The position numbers and the translations under genes were made by a program. The notes below the pieces were generated by a model, which did no database searches, was not told where the DNA came from, and worked only from the letters and a program-made list of their open reading frames with translations. Of a stretch of DNA of 64,000 bases, positions 1-12,145 are shown piece by piece (within the stretch, counting starts at the first letter, position 1; each line of letters starts with the position of its first letter). Location: assembly GCA_001599295.1 (NCBI GenBank), contig BCGN01000003.1, forward strand, positions 744,001 to 808,000, given 5' to 3'. This DNA is from Sporopachydermia quercuum. Taxonomy: Eukaryota.

Positions 1-56
1 CAAATAGCCAACCTTTCTTTTTCTCTATCAACGGGCATTCACCAAACAGTATCAGA

Positions 57-791
57 ATGACAGAAGAAACCAATGCTTCCAGCAATCCACCAAACAGCTC
101 GACGTCACCGTCAGACAAGATAGCCACAACTGCGGATGTTCCAAAAGGATTNAATTATTGGAGGAGAGCCGTCTGCTATCTTACTGGTGTGGGAATGAAT
201 GAGAAGGAGACTGAGGCATTTGTTGCTGAAGCGAAGAGAAGACAAGCTAAGAAAAACTGTGAGAAATGTAAGGAGTATAAAGACTGGATGGTTGCTTATT
301 CACCAACAGTTAGGTTTATGTTAGAACAAGTTCAAAAAGTAGGAGGAAATATAAATGAAAGAAACGTTGTGTGTGGGAAATGTGATGAGCTGAGAGGTGG
401 AGGATTCAATCCTGATTATGGTATTTTACTATGTGAGAACAGGATCATCGATAAATGGCACTTAGAAGACACTTTATCACATGAATTAATTCATGCATAT
501 GATCATTGCAAGTTTAAAGTTGATTGGACAAATTTAAAACATCATGCTTGCTCTGAAATTAGAGCTAGTAACTTATCAGGCGAATGTCGTTTTACTAATG
601 AGTTTACTAAGGGAAGTCTTTCGTTTACCAANCTTGCAAGAGCTCATCAAGAATGTGTCAAAAGAAGGGCGATTTTATCAGTAGCGGCGAATCCTTCTTG
701 TAAAGATAAAGAGCATGCTGAAAAGATAGTTAATGAAGTTTGGGAGTCTTGCTTTAATGACACAAGGCCTTTTGAAGCTATCTACCGTTAG
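57..791 (+). CDS. ATP23: Mitochondrial inner membrane metalloprotease/chaperone Atp23 (peptidase M76)
   Basis: 244-aa ORF with [10 protein letters not shown] (HExxH), [16 protein letters not shown] and C-terminal [11 protein letters not shown] typical of Atp23. Confidence 0.96.
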   Translation: MTEETNASSNPPNSSTSPSDKIATTADVPKGXNYWRRAVCYLTGVGMNEKETEAFVAEAKRRQAKKNCEKCKEYKDWMVAYSPTVRFMLEQVQKVGGNINERNVVCGKCDELRGGGFNPDYGILLCENRIIDKWHLEDTLSHELIHAYDHCKFKVDWTNLKHHACSEIRASNLSGECRFTNEFTKGSLSFTXLARAHQECVKRRAILSVAANPSCKDKEHAEKIVNEVWESCFNDTRPFEAIYR

Positions 792-1143
792 GTGATGGAT
801 GATGTTCGTAGGATTATAAGACTTGTTGATAAGCGAATAGGTTATTGAAGGTTGCGATTCATAGATTTTAATTGTTCACCAAATAGATTGCGAAATTAAA
901 GGAAACAGAAGATGAATTATAACTACAAGTATCGCTACAACATAATAGACTATAACTAAGGTCTCAGGGTCGATTAATTCTATTGCTAAAAACATAGGAT
1001 ATAATAAATTCGTGTATATATTTAATTTTCATGGAAGGTTTGGTTTATTAATGAAAATGATATTGTAGAAGTACACTGTACTTTTTATATTTAAAAGTTG
1101 CAAAGATCTTCTCTTCTCTTCTATGCTCATTGTATAATTCATT

Positions 1144-1144
<1 letters not shown>

Positions 1145-1180
<36 letters not shown>
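1145..1180. repeat. (CAA)12 microsatellite
   Basis: Perfect trinucleotide run between the convergent ATP23 and ARE genes. Confidence 0.97.
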
Positions 1181-2151
1181 GTTAGCTCAACATGAGAGTC
1201 TGAAAGGCTTATTGATCTTAAGTTTATGTGTGTAGTTTTCATTGAGAATGTAATACAGTAGCGCTGGTGGTAATAAGAGTAGCATAAAGAAGATTCAGTG
1301 TATCAAAGTTAATTCAAATATAGAGTCAATTATCCATATTCTCAGTAGTTATTCATACATGCATTGACTGAACACTGGTTGTAAAACCTACAAATTTCAT
1401 TATTTCCTACTGTCATTTCAAATATTCCACAATTCGGATTGCAATCTGTTGAATGCAGTTCAATTACTAGAAAACAGCTTTTGATCAAATTTACAGATCT
1501 CGTCACNTTCACATTATCTTTCGCTTTGCTTTTTATCTTTGTTGTAATACCACCAATAAGACATTTGGTTTAGTTTTGCTTCAANAATTTATCAATATAA
1601 TATNATTTCCTTCTTAAAGATAATAATTGATATGTTTATAGAAAGATATCAACCTGTTTCCTTACACGTCAACCAATAAAATAGATTCAGTTCAATAGAT
1701 AATGAATAGCAATATCTTTGGAAGTATACGTAAGCTATTTGGTATTCATCTTTCTTCTTTCAACAGTAAAGCAATTTAGGGCCCAAAAGTGGACATCTTC
1801 GGTCAGATGACTAGATACAGAGAACCTAAAAAGGAATAGTTGTTCCATTAATTGTTCCGTCGTCTTTCTTCCGTTCCGAGGTTGCAGCTTGCTTTCAACA
1901 TAATCAACATAGTTCAGTTCTTCCATTAGCAAACTTAGGATTAGAGANCAACTCAAAAAAGCTATGTGCGTGCTTTCTGCGCCTTTTATCCTCTCTGTTA
2001 TGCTCCTTCTTCTCTTTTTCTTCTCATTNTGATAATCTTTTTGTCCTTAGAAGAATGCCTTATCTTCACATCTACGGAAAATCGCACTCTAGTTACAAGT
2101 ATCCTAGTCNCACCGCTGTATAGTTTCTACTCTATCCTTTNCTATCCACCC

Positions 2152-4673
2152 TTAGAATAATAAATATGAAGAACACATCATTGAAGGACCACAAGCGATT
2201 CCAAACCAAAAAATTATATTCCCCAAAACAGGGCGATCCCTTAAAAATTTTGTTCTTGAAAATTGAATCAATGGCAATTGAGTCATTTGCATCCCTAATA
2301 AATAACCTCTTAATTTCCCAAATATAACATACATTACTAGCTCATGAACACACGAAGACAAGAAAAACGTAAAGAAAGTTGCTTGATGCTTATTAAGAGA
2401 TAGAACAGATATACTGCTATGATAAACATGTCTTAGTAAAAATTCATGAACAGGAACATTCCATTCTCTTGCAAACTCATCCCATCTAACACAGTTCCAC
2501 CATGGCCCATAAAAATACCTATCACCAAATCTTGTTAACTCAGCTATAGCATTTAAAATTGCATCCCATATTAAATACCAAACCAGTAGATACATCAATA
2601 AGAATGGCAATGCTAATTCTAATAAGATCCCTGGATAAGCTTTGAATCTTTCCTGGATCGGTAACGTTCTCAACGATAACATATACATTGCTTGAGGATA
2701 CAGATAGTGTTGAGCAACCATAATCATTAAGAAGATAACCCCAAAGATGGCAGAGATTTTAGAAAAGGCGTAGTACCAGTTGATTGATTTTGTTCGAGGA
2801 TAATCAATCGTATAAACTAAGGTTGGAAACATTGTATAGGCGAAGAAATTCTTCAGGGTGATGTTCTCAGGGAAAGGGGTTTTTATACTTTGACTTTTCA
2901 GTTCAAATTCACAGAATTTGACACTTTGTTTATAAATTTTCAACTGATGTTCATTGGATGCTTTTTCTTGCTTTTCCCTGTTATTATCATTATCAAATTT
3001 TTCAATCTCTCTTTTAGAATCATTCAATTCTTGCTTGATTCTCCATAGATATCCATTATAAGTACCATAAGAATGCATCTTCATAATCATTACTAAAGAA
3101 TGAAGACATAGGAAGACTTTACCAATCCATGGATAAGCTTGAGCTTCTGCAAAATATGAATAGAAGAAGAAAAATCCAGTTTGCCAGATTTGTTGAATTA
3201 TCCAGCCAGATTTATCCCAGGTAAGATAGTTGCTCAGTATTAGTTTCTGAAGGAAGAAGACAAAGTACATTGAAAGATACATTGCTAGGTCAGTCAAGCC
3301 AACTTTCAAAACGTCTTTCTTAAGAATATTGATAATATCCAGGTCAATAATTCTTCCTGTTGCTCTGATGTTATGGACAATGGTATTGATGAATAATAAT
3401 GCTACGCCTAGCCAGAATCTAAAAGGTAGTATGTTTTGTTAGTATATAATTCATTAGTTATAACATAAAGTTGATGGTTAAGTCGATAGGAATGTATTTT
3501 TGGGAAAGGAAGGAATAAGCGTTGATAAAAAAAAAATTCTTTCTTTCTTTCCTTATCTACCTGCAAATGTAGTAATTGCTAGTCCTTGATATAACCATAA
3601 TACTTTCTGTCCAAGGCTTGACGTATGGGCACTAAATTATTATCATCATTATCACATGGATCAGAATACTGGAGGCAGAGTTCTTTTATTAGGTTCATAT
3701 TCTTTCGCATTCGTAGCTGTAGCTGAAATTTGGTGATAATAACAGGCAGTTGATTCACTTGGAATTCATAAACACAGCTACTGCTGACTTCTTTGATGAT
3801 ATGCAATGAAATCATCTTTATCAATGCATTGAGACGTAATCCATTTGTTCATTGAACAGTAAAGCAGTAGCAAACTGATCAACTGAACTATTATACATAC
3901 CAACTGCTATTGAACTTTCAATACCATTGAACCAATCTTTCCTTTCTTTTCTTTCCATAGTAATATTCATCAATTCTACTCATAAAGCACTACCACCTAT
4001 CGACCAACAAACAATGTAAAATCATCAATATACATACAGTGTAAAGAAGCCAAAGAATTCAGATTTCTTGCTGCTATCAAAGATCGAATGTTTCGTTTCA
4101 AATTTCACCTAAATGTTACAAACTATTAGAACAATTCCATAACAAATGTATTATAAAGCAATTAAGAACCAAAAGAGAACTTACATCTCCAAAGTTAGAT
4201 CTGAACTGGCCATCCTTATATCTCAATTTGAACCGTCTGTTATGTGCAGAAAAACTACTTTCTTGGAGATTCGACTCGATATAAACATCCTTCCCTTGTA
4301 AACCAACATTTGTATCTGATAGTGTAGTTTTAGTCGTAGNTGTAGTTGTAGTTGTCGATCTAGTTGTAGTTGCTGCATTGACACCTTCTCCTTCAGGAAC
4401 GGAAGCGATTGGCTTGGCTATCCGTAAAGAAACATCAGAATCCGACCTTGGGAACCCTTCAATTTTTGTTCCAAGAAGATGTCGATGTTGAGGACTAGAA
4501 AAAGGATTTATTGATGATTTAGGGGAGTCGGGTTCATCGCTGGATATCTCTCTCTTATCATCAGAATACTTTCTCCGAAATGTATCGCTTGTAGGAGTAC
4601 TCTCTTCAGAAATGATTGAGCCAGTATCAGAGGAAATATCTGCTAAAGTTCTTCTCTGAGTCAAATTCGACAT
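2152..4673 (-). CDS. ARE2: Sterol O-acyltransferase (MBOAT, Are1/Are2 family), 3 exons: 4673-4185, 4108-4038, 3418-2152
   Basis: FYGPWWNC, WNVPVHEFLLRHVY and catalytic SSCVHE motifs. Introns 4184-4109 (GTAAGT..TAG) and 4037-3419 (GTATGT..TACTAAC..TAG) join in frame (..SEFFGFFTLFWLG..). ARE1 versus ARE2 naming is not resolvable. Confidence 0.92.
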
Positions 4674-6019
4674 TTTGATTGATTTTATGAGAATGCCGTG
4701 AGATGGCTGAGTTTAAATAACTAGAAAAGTAAAAGTATGTCAAGGCAATACTTGATCAGTTAACTGCTAATGAATGCACTAATAGCAGCTTGATAATTGG
4801 ATGTTTCTCTACACCTGCCAAATATTATTTTCTTTTGTAATCATTTACTGCTCTTTCTACCTTTGCTTCTAGCAATTTGAGCTTTGATTGATCTCTAATA
4901 TATATACATAAATCCTGGATGACCCTTTCCTTTACTCTTACTACAAAAGCTAAAACAAGTTCGGTACCATCGGTATGCTAAAAAATGATATCGGTGATTG
5001 TGAACTGAGCTTCAATTCATGTATCAAAATCAACTGAACATTGAATTTTCAAGCAAAGTACTCTAGTCTTATTGATAGAACATCCAATTCACTATATAAG
5101 TAGAATCCAGCTCTTGTTCGACAATACTGTTATGAAAGTACGGCAGATCAGAGAAGAGTATTCTTCNGTTTCACTGTGTATGAGCGATATGAACAATAAG
5201 CTTTAAGAATACTCCAGATTGAGATGGAAATATATGTAAGGTGCTGTATGGTGCAGGAGACNTGAAACTTTAAACTATGTGAAGTTGAAGAGAATGAGAG
5301 ATGGAATAGAACAAAGTGATGATATTTAGAGTAGCCAATTAAAGGAAGAAATTGTGGCGAGGTTATGGCAAATTTTGATATTTGCTGATTAAAGTTACTT
5401 ATTTGGGAGGGGTTTTAGGTATGTGCTTTAGAAGCGCGTCTTTCGAAATGATGAAAGGACTGAGCATCTGAACTTCTCATGATTGCAATAACTTGTTCTT
5501 GTTAGATGAAAATCGACTTATCAGGGTATTACCAAGAAAACANATCCCTTCAGAGGATTCAAGTAATTGTCAGATAAATCTAATTACACAAACCTAATCT
5601 TAGCAACTGATCAGTCCAATCCGGATAATTATACCTGTACTTCCCCTATATACTCCTACTGATCGGTTATGCTCTCAATCGAAAGCATTCACCCATTGAA
5701 AAATTATATACCTTGCACGCTGAACAATTTAATAATCTCAAATCAAAGCAGAATACTACTCTATTTTCAATCACTACTATAGTAAGAAGTGTTCCTAGCA
5801 AGTAAGCATCTCATCTGTTCGTCATCATCTTCAAGTTTGATGGAACAAAAGAAGCATTAAGTTTCGGCTCGATTAAATAATTAATTACTATTTTAAGCTC
5901 AAATCATTCGTATATTTTAGTATCACATCATTAAGTATACTTTAATATNACATCATCATTAATTATTTTTATAACCCGATGTAATTTCACGTCTCAATTC
6001 ATTTTTTTCATCATACTAG

Positions 6020-6030
6020 TGAAAAGTTTT
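6020..6030 (+). promoter_or_regulatory. RRPE-like element upstream of BUD23
   Basis: TGAAAAGTTTT about 160 bp before the ATG of a ribosome-biogenesis gene. Confidence 0.45.
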
Positions 6031-6185
6031 CTTATCAAGAAGAGAACCAACATTGAATATAATGTTATTATAGGANAAAAGGGGTTTGTTCTCGTTGATG
6101 TATAGATAACTGTTTTAAGAAAGAGATAATTTAGACAGAGCTTTGTAGTTAAGCATATTTTTGGTGTCTGGAGCAGTTAAAAGAA

Positions 6186-6989
6186 ATGTCGCGTCCTGAA
6201 CATACNGCACCACCAGAAATTTTCTATGGAGATGATGAATCAAAGAAATACACAACATCAAGCCGTGTGCAGCATATCCAAGCGTCAATGACGTTTCGTG
6301 CATTAGAATTGTTGAATATACCACCAGGACAGTTTNTTCTTGATGTTGGATGTGGATCAGGATTATCTGGTGAGATTTTGACTGAAGAAGGTCATACATG
6401 GGTAGGGTTGGATATTGCTCCATCTATGCTTGCAACAGCTTTAGACAGAGACGTTGATGGAGATTTGGTACTTAGCGATATTGGCTCAGGTGTTCCTTTC
6501 AGAGCAGGTTCGTTTGATGCCGCTGTTAGTATATCAGTGATACAATGGCTCTGTAATGCGGATACAGCTCTAAATAACCCTAAACAACGATTACAACGAT
6601 TCTTTGGAACGCTATTCTCAAGTCTGAAACGAGGAGGCAAGTTTGTTGCCCAATTTTATCCTATAAATGATAAGCAAACTCAACAGATTTTGGAAGCCGC
6701 TAAAGTTGCTGGTTTTGCAGGTGGTTTGGTGATTGATGATCCAGAAAGTAAAAAGAACAAGAAATACTACTTGGTTTTAACTGCAGGTATTAGTGCCGAA
6801 AATGTGAACCTTGAAGGTGTCACACTTGACCCTTCAGTGGTAAAAGAAAACAGGAAAAAGAAAAAGTCTAAGTTTGATGAATCTACCAAAGAGTTCATCA
6901 TTAGAAAGAAGGAGTTACGAAGAAAGAGAGGTAAAGATACGGCGAGTGATAGTAAGTTCACAGGAAGAAAACGGAGACCCAGGTTCTGA
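6186..6989 (+). CDS. BUD23: 18S rRNA m7G methyltransferase Bud23
   Basis: MSRPEH.APPE start, LDVGCGSGLSG SAM motif, SKFTGRKRRPRF end. Confidence 0.97.
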   Translation: MSRPEHXAPPEIFYGDDESKKYTTSSRVQHIQASMTFRALELLNIPPGQFXLDVGCGSGLSGEILTEEGHTWVGLDIAPSMLATALDRDVDGDLVLSDIGSGVPFRAGSFDAAVSISVIQWLCNADTALNNPKQRLQRFFGTLFSSLKRGGKFVAQFYPINDKQTQQILEAAKVAGFAGGLVIDDPESKKNKKYYLVLTAGISAENVNLEGVTLDPSVVKENRKKKKSKFDESTKEFIIRKKELRRKRGKDTASDSKFTGRKRRPRF

Positions 6990-7554
6990 CTTAATATCAA
7001 TATTTAATAATTGGAATCTAGTGGGGAATTTTCTGTTAAATGGGATTTAGAGTGCATACTAGTGTAATCACGGGGTTAATGTAGTATTATGAAAAGCTTT
7101 TCAATNGTGGCATCGATTGGTAGCTACAAGTATACTGTAAAATATCATACAATTGATTGAGTACATCAAACTTACGACCTTGAAATCAAGTANTATAGGC
7201 AATAATGAATGTCTTTTTCTTGTTTATTTTGTATATCCTTAAACCAGAAGTATTCTATACCTGTTGCTTATTTATTATTTAAATCCATCTCTACCTAACT
7301 CTGGGACAAAAATGATTATCACGTGTATAGGATGTCCGGGATAATAATACAAACTTGTCTATGGGACTTACCTTACACCCACTCACACATTGTCAACTAC
7401 AACTACAACAAACAAATTTCACGATAAATCTCTATCTCAAATACTTTGTTTAACTTTCATTGAAGGTNTAATAGATAAATGANTGCTGTTGGTTTTTCAT
7501 AGTATGGCTAGTTATACATAGCAGTCAACAACTAAGAAACTCTACATATTCAAA

Positions 7555-8129
7555 ATGTTGAATGCTTTCAAACAGGGCAGTCGTGGACTGTTCCAAAATT
7601 CGTCACTGCTCCCAGTACTCCAAAGAGCTGGTATTGTCATACCAACTAAAGAAAGTATGTTATTATATGATACAGTTGACTTACGAGATCCTCATTGTTA
7701 GGAATTCGATACTAATATTAAATGATAGGAAAGGTACTTCAAATTGTAGAACCAAGAAAGCCCCGTATTGTTAAAGGTGAAACTGCGCTGTCATACATGA
7801 ACGAGAAAAGACANAAGGAATTGGACCCAACAGGAGCAAAAAAGAGATTAATAGATTCAACAAAGGCTGGTGATAGTCTACGATTTCACTTCAAAGACGG
7901 TACTGTTTATGCAGGCCAAGTAATTGCTGTTAACAGAAAAGGTTTAGATAGCAATATCCTACTCAGAAATATGTACACAGGTCTTGGTGTTGAACTACGG
8001 TTCAACATATACAACCCTAAGATCGTGAAATGGGAGATCATTCATAAACCAAAGGTTCACAGATATAACGGTACTAAGCATTATTATATCAGGAACTCCA
8101 AGAGAGATGTCCCAAAAGAAATCTTTTAA
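7555..8129 (+). CDS. IMG1: Mitochondrial ribosomal protein bL19m; exons 7555-7654, 7729-8129
   Basis: L19-like KAGD..YAGQVIAVNRKGLDSNILLRN..GVELRFNIYNPKI..YYIR. Intron GTATGT..TACTAAT..TAG (7655-7728) adds a presequence-like exon MLNAFKQGSRGLFQ in frame. Confidence 0.88.
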
Positions 8130-8402
8130 TCCCAGCATGTATATAAATTTTGTTTATAAAGAGAATTTAAAGGTTAGTTATTTTGGCGTGAGTAAAGAAA
8201 AAGCCGTAGTAGGATTTTGTTTGTACTATAAGCACTACTCATTTCTTCTTCATAATAACAACAGCAGGAAATGAAACAGTAATTATGCTATGAGAACTAA
8301 AACAGTTGTTATGAACCGGATCTAGTTTTCATGCTTTTAGATTATTGGCNTTTTCTGTTAAAAAAGACCTCCGTTTTTGTAATATATCTGTTAGTTCTCG
8401 AA

Positions 8403-8699
8403 ATGCTAAGGAACGAAGATGTGGAAGCATTGATAAAGGAATATGGTACTTTACCATACACTAAACAAATAGTGACATTGGATGAAGACCCCTCGAGAAA
8501 TGTATTGAATATAACAACATTGGAAGATAATACATTTCAAGTTGTTTTAACAGCTAGAGGTTGGGAAACTTCATCCAACGATAAGATATACGAGACTCCA
8601 GAAGCGCTGTTGATGGATTTGAGTGAAGCATTTGGCAAAGCATGGCATGAATGTTTGGTATACAAACTTGAGACTGTCGATCGATCCAAGTTTAGATGA
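8403..8699 (+). CDS. GSKIP/DUF727 domain small protein (98 aa)
   Basis: LNITTLED..VVLTARGW..YETPEALLMDLS..F..L..KL pattern recalls the GSKIP domain. The start could alternatively be 8331. Confidence 0.7.
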   Translation: MLRNEDVEALIKEYGTLPYTKQIVTLDEDPSRNVLNITTLEDNTFQVVLTARGWETSSNDKIYETPEALLMDLSEAFGKAWHECLVYKLETVDRSKFR

Positions 8700-9288
8700 G
8701 AAATCAGTTTGATGGAAACTTTTGATGACAATGGGTTTGTTGAGAAGGCGAATAGAGAAATATGCTATGANGTTACCTTTCTTGATTGTATAATGGTCAT
8801 ATGGGGATCATTGANACAACAGTTGATGCGATCCTACATGCGTACACGGTAGCTTGACTGGACATATCAGTAGGTCAAAGGAAATTGGTAAAANTGTCTG
8901 GCATATATACCCTATGACGGATGCCAGAATTCGTTGGATCAAAGTAGAGAATTGACACTTGGCATAATAGAGAACACTCTGATACTTAGCAGATCACTGA
9001 AGATGTTGCAACTACTGCTAATACATTTACAGTTTTCTCTACCTTTGAAAATTTACAATTCCTACAACGTACAGTAAACACATTTGAATAATCATTAGGT
9101 AATAAAATTCATAAAAACAATTTAGTATATAAGAACATAATCTACAGGGTTAATCAATCCATCCAGGGATAGGAATGTAGCAATACAATGACTCGTTAAA
9201 ATCGAGTAAAAGTATCCTCTAAAATTCTCTATCTCACTCTATGCAACAAATCCAGAACAATAAGCTGTCCAACAATTCTATCGTAGTC

Positions 9289-9930
9289 TCAAATCTCTTT
9301 GGCACGAGCACCTTCTTTCTCTCTTCGCTTTTCTTCTCTTTCTACTTCTTTCTCTAAAACATCCTTCCATCCATCTCTATAAACATCCTTAACTTGAAAT
9401 AACTCGGGGTGTCTTTTTTCTTCAACTAAAGACAATCCCATTGAACCCAACAATAGAAGAACTGTCAAGGTTTGAGCATACATTCTGGCTTGAACAACCT
9501 TTTGAGACTGAGTCATCAGTCTGTCNCTGTTAATCCACCACCAGGAACCCCACATAGATGCCACCCAGGAGCCAAAAATAATTGAATATTTATTCTTGAT
9601 TCCCATTTCACCCAAATACTCACCCCAAGACAAAGCTTGTAATCTTCGATGTTCAGCCATTGCAAATTCTGACTGAGCACCAGTTTTCGACATCATATCT
9701 TGNAAGTCATTTGATGCCCATTCTGCATATAACGAAACCGCAAGCGTTGGTGGAGAAATAAGAGCAGCGGTTTTAATGGAATATGGAAGCTTTAATAAAT
9801 GTGGCTTTTTGGTTCTGACATATTGAGCAATGCCTAAAGAAATAGCTGAACCAAGGACCAAACCCTTCAAACCACCTATAAGGGTAGCATGATAATGAGC
9901 CTCTTGTTGTTCTTCTGTTAAGACCTTCAT
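9289..9930 (-). CDS. RCF2: Respiratory supercomplex factor Rcf2 (HIG1 domain)
   Basis: MKVLTEEQQEAH start, NKYSIIFGSWVASMWGSW and QKVVQARMYAQ. Confidence 0.93.
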   Translation of the reverse strand: MKVLTEEQQEAHYHATLIGGLKGLVLGSAISLGIAQYVRTKKPHLLKLPYSIKTAALISPPTLAVSLYAEWASNDXQDMMSKTGAQSEFAMAEHRRLQALSWGEYLGEMGIKNKYSIIFGSWVASMWGSWWWINXDRLMTQSQKVVQARMYAQTLTVLLLLGSMGLSLVEEKRHPELFQVKDVYRDGWKDVLEKEVEREEKRREKEGARAKEI

Positions 9931-12145
9931 CCTGTAATATTCTATTCTGCTACTAATTATCTATTCTTACTTCTATCAAATAGTTGCTTCCTGTCAATGA
10001 TTGATAACAGCTTCTAGTGTGTATTCTACTTATCGTTTCAATCCACCTGAAGAGTCCTGATAGTACTTTCTCTTAAACCGACGTAGAGAGATTATAATGG
10101 ACAATCAATTCGATAGTACCAATTTCTACACAAGCATTTTACCTTTCTATGAAATTAAAAATGAAAGAGAAAAAATTACCATCAATACCTGTTATCAAAC
10201 AATTCTAAAACGACAAGAAACAAAGTAAGAAAGTTATACTGCAAGATTCCTCACTCTCTATTTTATATCTTTTCATCATTCTTTCACTACGTCTTTATCA
10301 CACAAAACAGCACCCATTTCATCCGGGAGTATACGGAAGAAAGAGCCACACAGAACGCAAAATATTTCCAAAAATGACTGATGAGGTAACAGAAAAGTTA
10401 AACCCTATTTGTTTGTAAGTGTAAATGATGGAAATTCTGGATAGAAATACCGAAGAGATTTGTTCGATATAAGACCGTTTGCCTATAATTGAAGATGAGC
10501 TTTGAAATAAGGTGAACAGATCACTGTCACCAATTGAATTGTCAAAAAAGTTGGTTGTTGCATTTGTTTATTTGGTGCTTACGGAATTAATCTGTTGTAA
10601 TGAGTTCTGAAAGTTTAAATAGAAGGAGGTTTCAACTTAGGACATCAGATGGAAGAGAATNACACAAATTCATGGAAAAGTCAGGAATGTTAACTGGTGA
10701 ATAAGTAAGTATTCACCAGTATAGGTTGAATTTAATAACAAATTAGGAAACTAGTCTATTGAAGAAACTCAAAAATTATACGTCCTTACTGCAATAAAGC
10801 AACTATAAGATTGCGCACCCCTCCCTATGAAAATTCATAAAGGATTGAGTAGGACATTTCCATCTCTTTGATTTAATAACAAGAACAAGAATACCCTTTA
10901 AGTGTAATATAACTTTAGAACAGAGGAATTATTTGAATTCAATTAAGATCTTAGTTTTCTTAAATCAATAATTCATTGATTGCAATTTACTTTCATATCC
11001 TACTCTTCTCCAATAAATCTTCTGTTCTGATTGAAGATCACTTCAGCTCCCGATTTGCCGTTCTAGTTGATTTATCCTGACGCCACACTTCCCTTTTATT
11101 CCNTAAATTGATACAGGGTAGTATCCAATTTAGGAATGCTTAAGGCTTACTGATTTGCAAGCCACAATTTTAACATTATCGATTCGTACATAGTATGGAA
11201 ACTTTTCACACATAATCATGCCACCCATATATAAGACGGCAATACAATGCCGGTGAGTGCCACATTAGTCTTACGTACAGTTCAAATAATATGAGGGGAA
11301 AGTTCTGTTTAGAGAAATTTAGCCACATAACAGCCTTTACATGTGGCTTATCCAAGGAAAAAAAAGGTGGCGTTACTCTTNTTGGTTTCCGGTTTTAATT
11401 CGTGCCACATTTTTTAAGAGATTCATTGACAATGTAAGCCACCTTGTAGACAAAGTTGAAGTTGAGATGGATTGGATTTGAAGCTCTGATATCATTTTAC
11501 ATAACGATTAGAACATTACAAGAGCATACCTGGTAGTTAGCCTTTGAACGTTGTACTATCGATAAGAATATTTGGGAAATGTACACTATTTGAGAATTAA
11601 AAATATACAGCTGAGATTTTGTTCACTCCTATCTCTTTAAGATGATCGTCTCATCGATAAAATGAGTTGACATAAACTCACTGATGAAAAGAATATACAG
11701 CATTGTGTACAGTTTTGCATTATTATGCAGGAACAAAAGATTTTGGGAATGTCGCTACTCATAAAGATAACCAGCAGGATTATATAGTTTGACCTTTCAA
11801 TTACTATTTTAACTATAGATATTTTAAAAGAGAAATATTTTTATCGTTCTTTTATTTAGAATCAATTTTTTCTGTAGCTGGTAGAATTATTATATACTAA
11901 AGGTTGATCAACCTCTCTCTCCTTGCACTGTCCAGTTCTTCCTTGTTCGGACACTATCCATTGTGGACAACTCTTTTTTGAATTCAACATGAATTTGAAT
12001 GAATATTGGAAAAATATGTTCAGATAAGTTAGGTATCGCTATCTCTATCTCGAAGCACAGCTTTTAGAAAGAGTAAACTAGAGGATTGGTTGAATGCATC
12101 GAAACAATATTGAGAAAATATTTACTATGGATTTTGTCGCCGGTA

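Noticed and set aside
1048..1242. Poly-Cys ORF
   Set aside because: Translation of the (CAA)12 microsatellite; no other coding signal
3579..3824. 81-aa ORF or C/D snoRNA inside ARE intron 2
   Set aside because: Non-ATG ORF start and no recognisable family; no well-spaced C and D boxes with a convincing rRNA guide
5908..5914. Upc2 site TCGTATA for ARE
   Set aside because: Single 7-mer 1.2 kb from ARE and closer to BUD23
9932..9970. 5'UTR intron of RCF2 (GTAAGA..TACAG)
   Set aside because: Only 39 nt and no branch site
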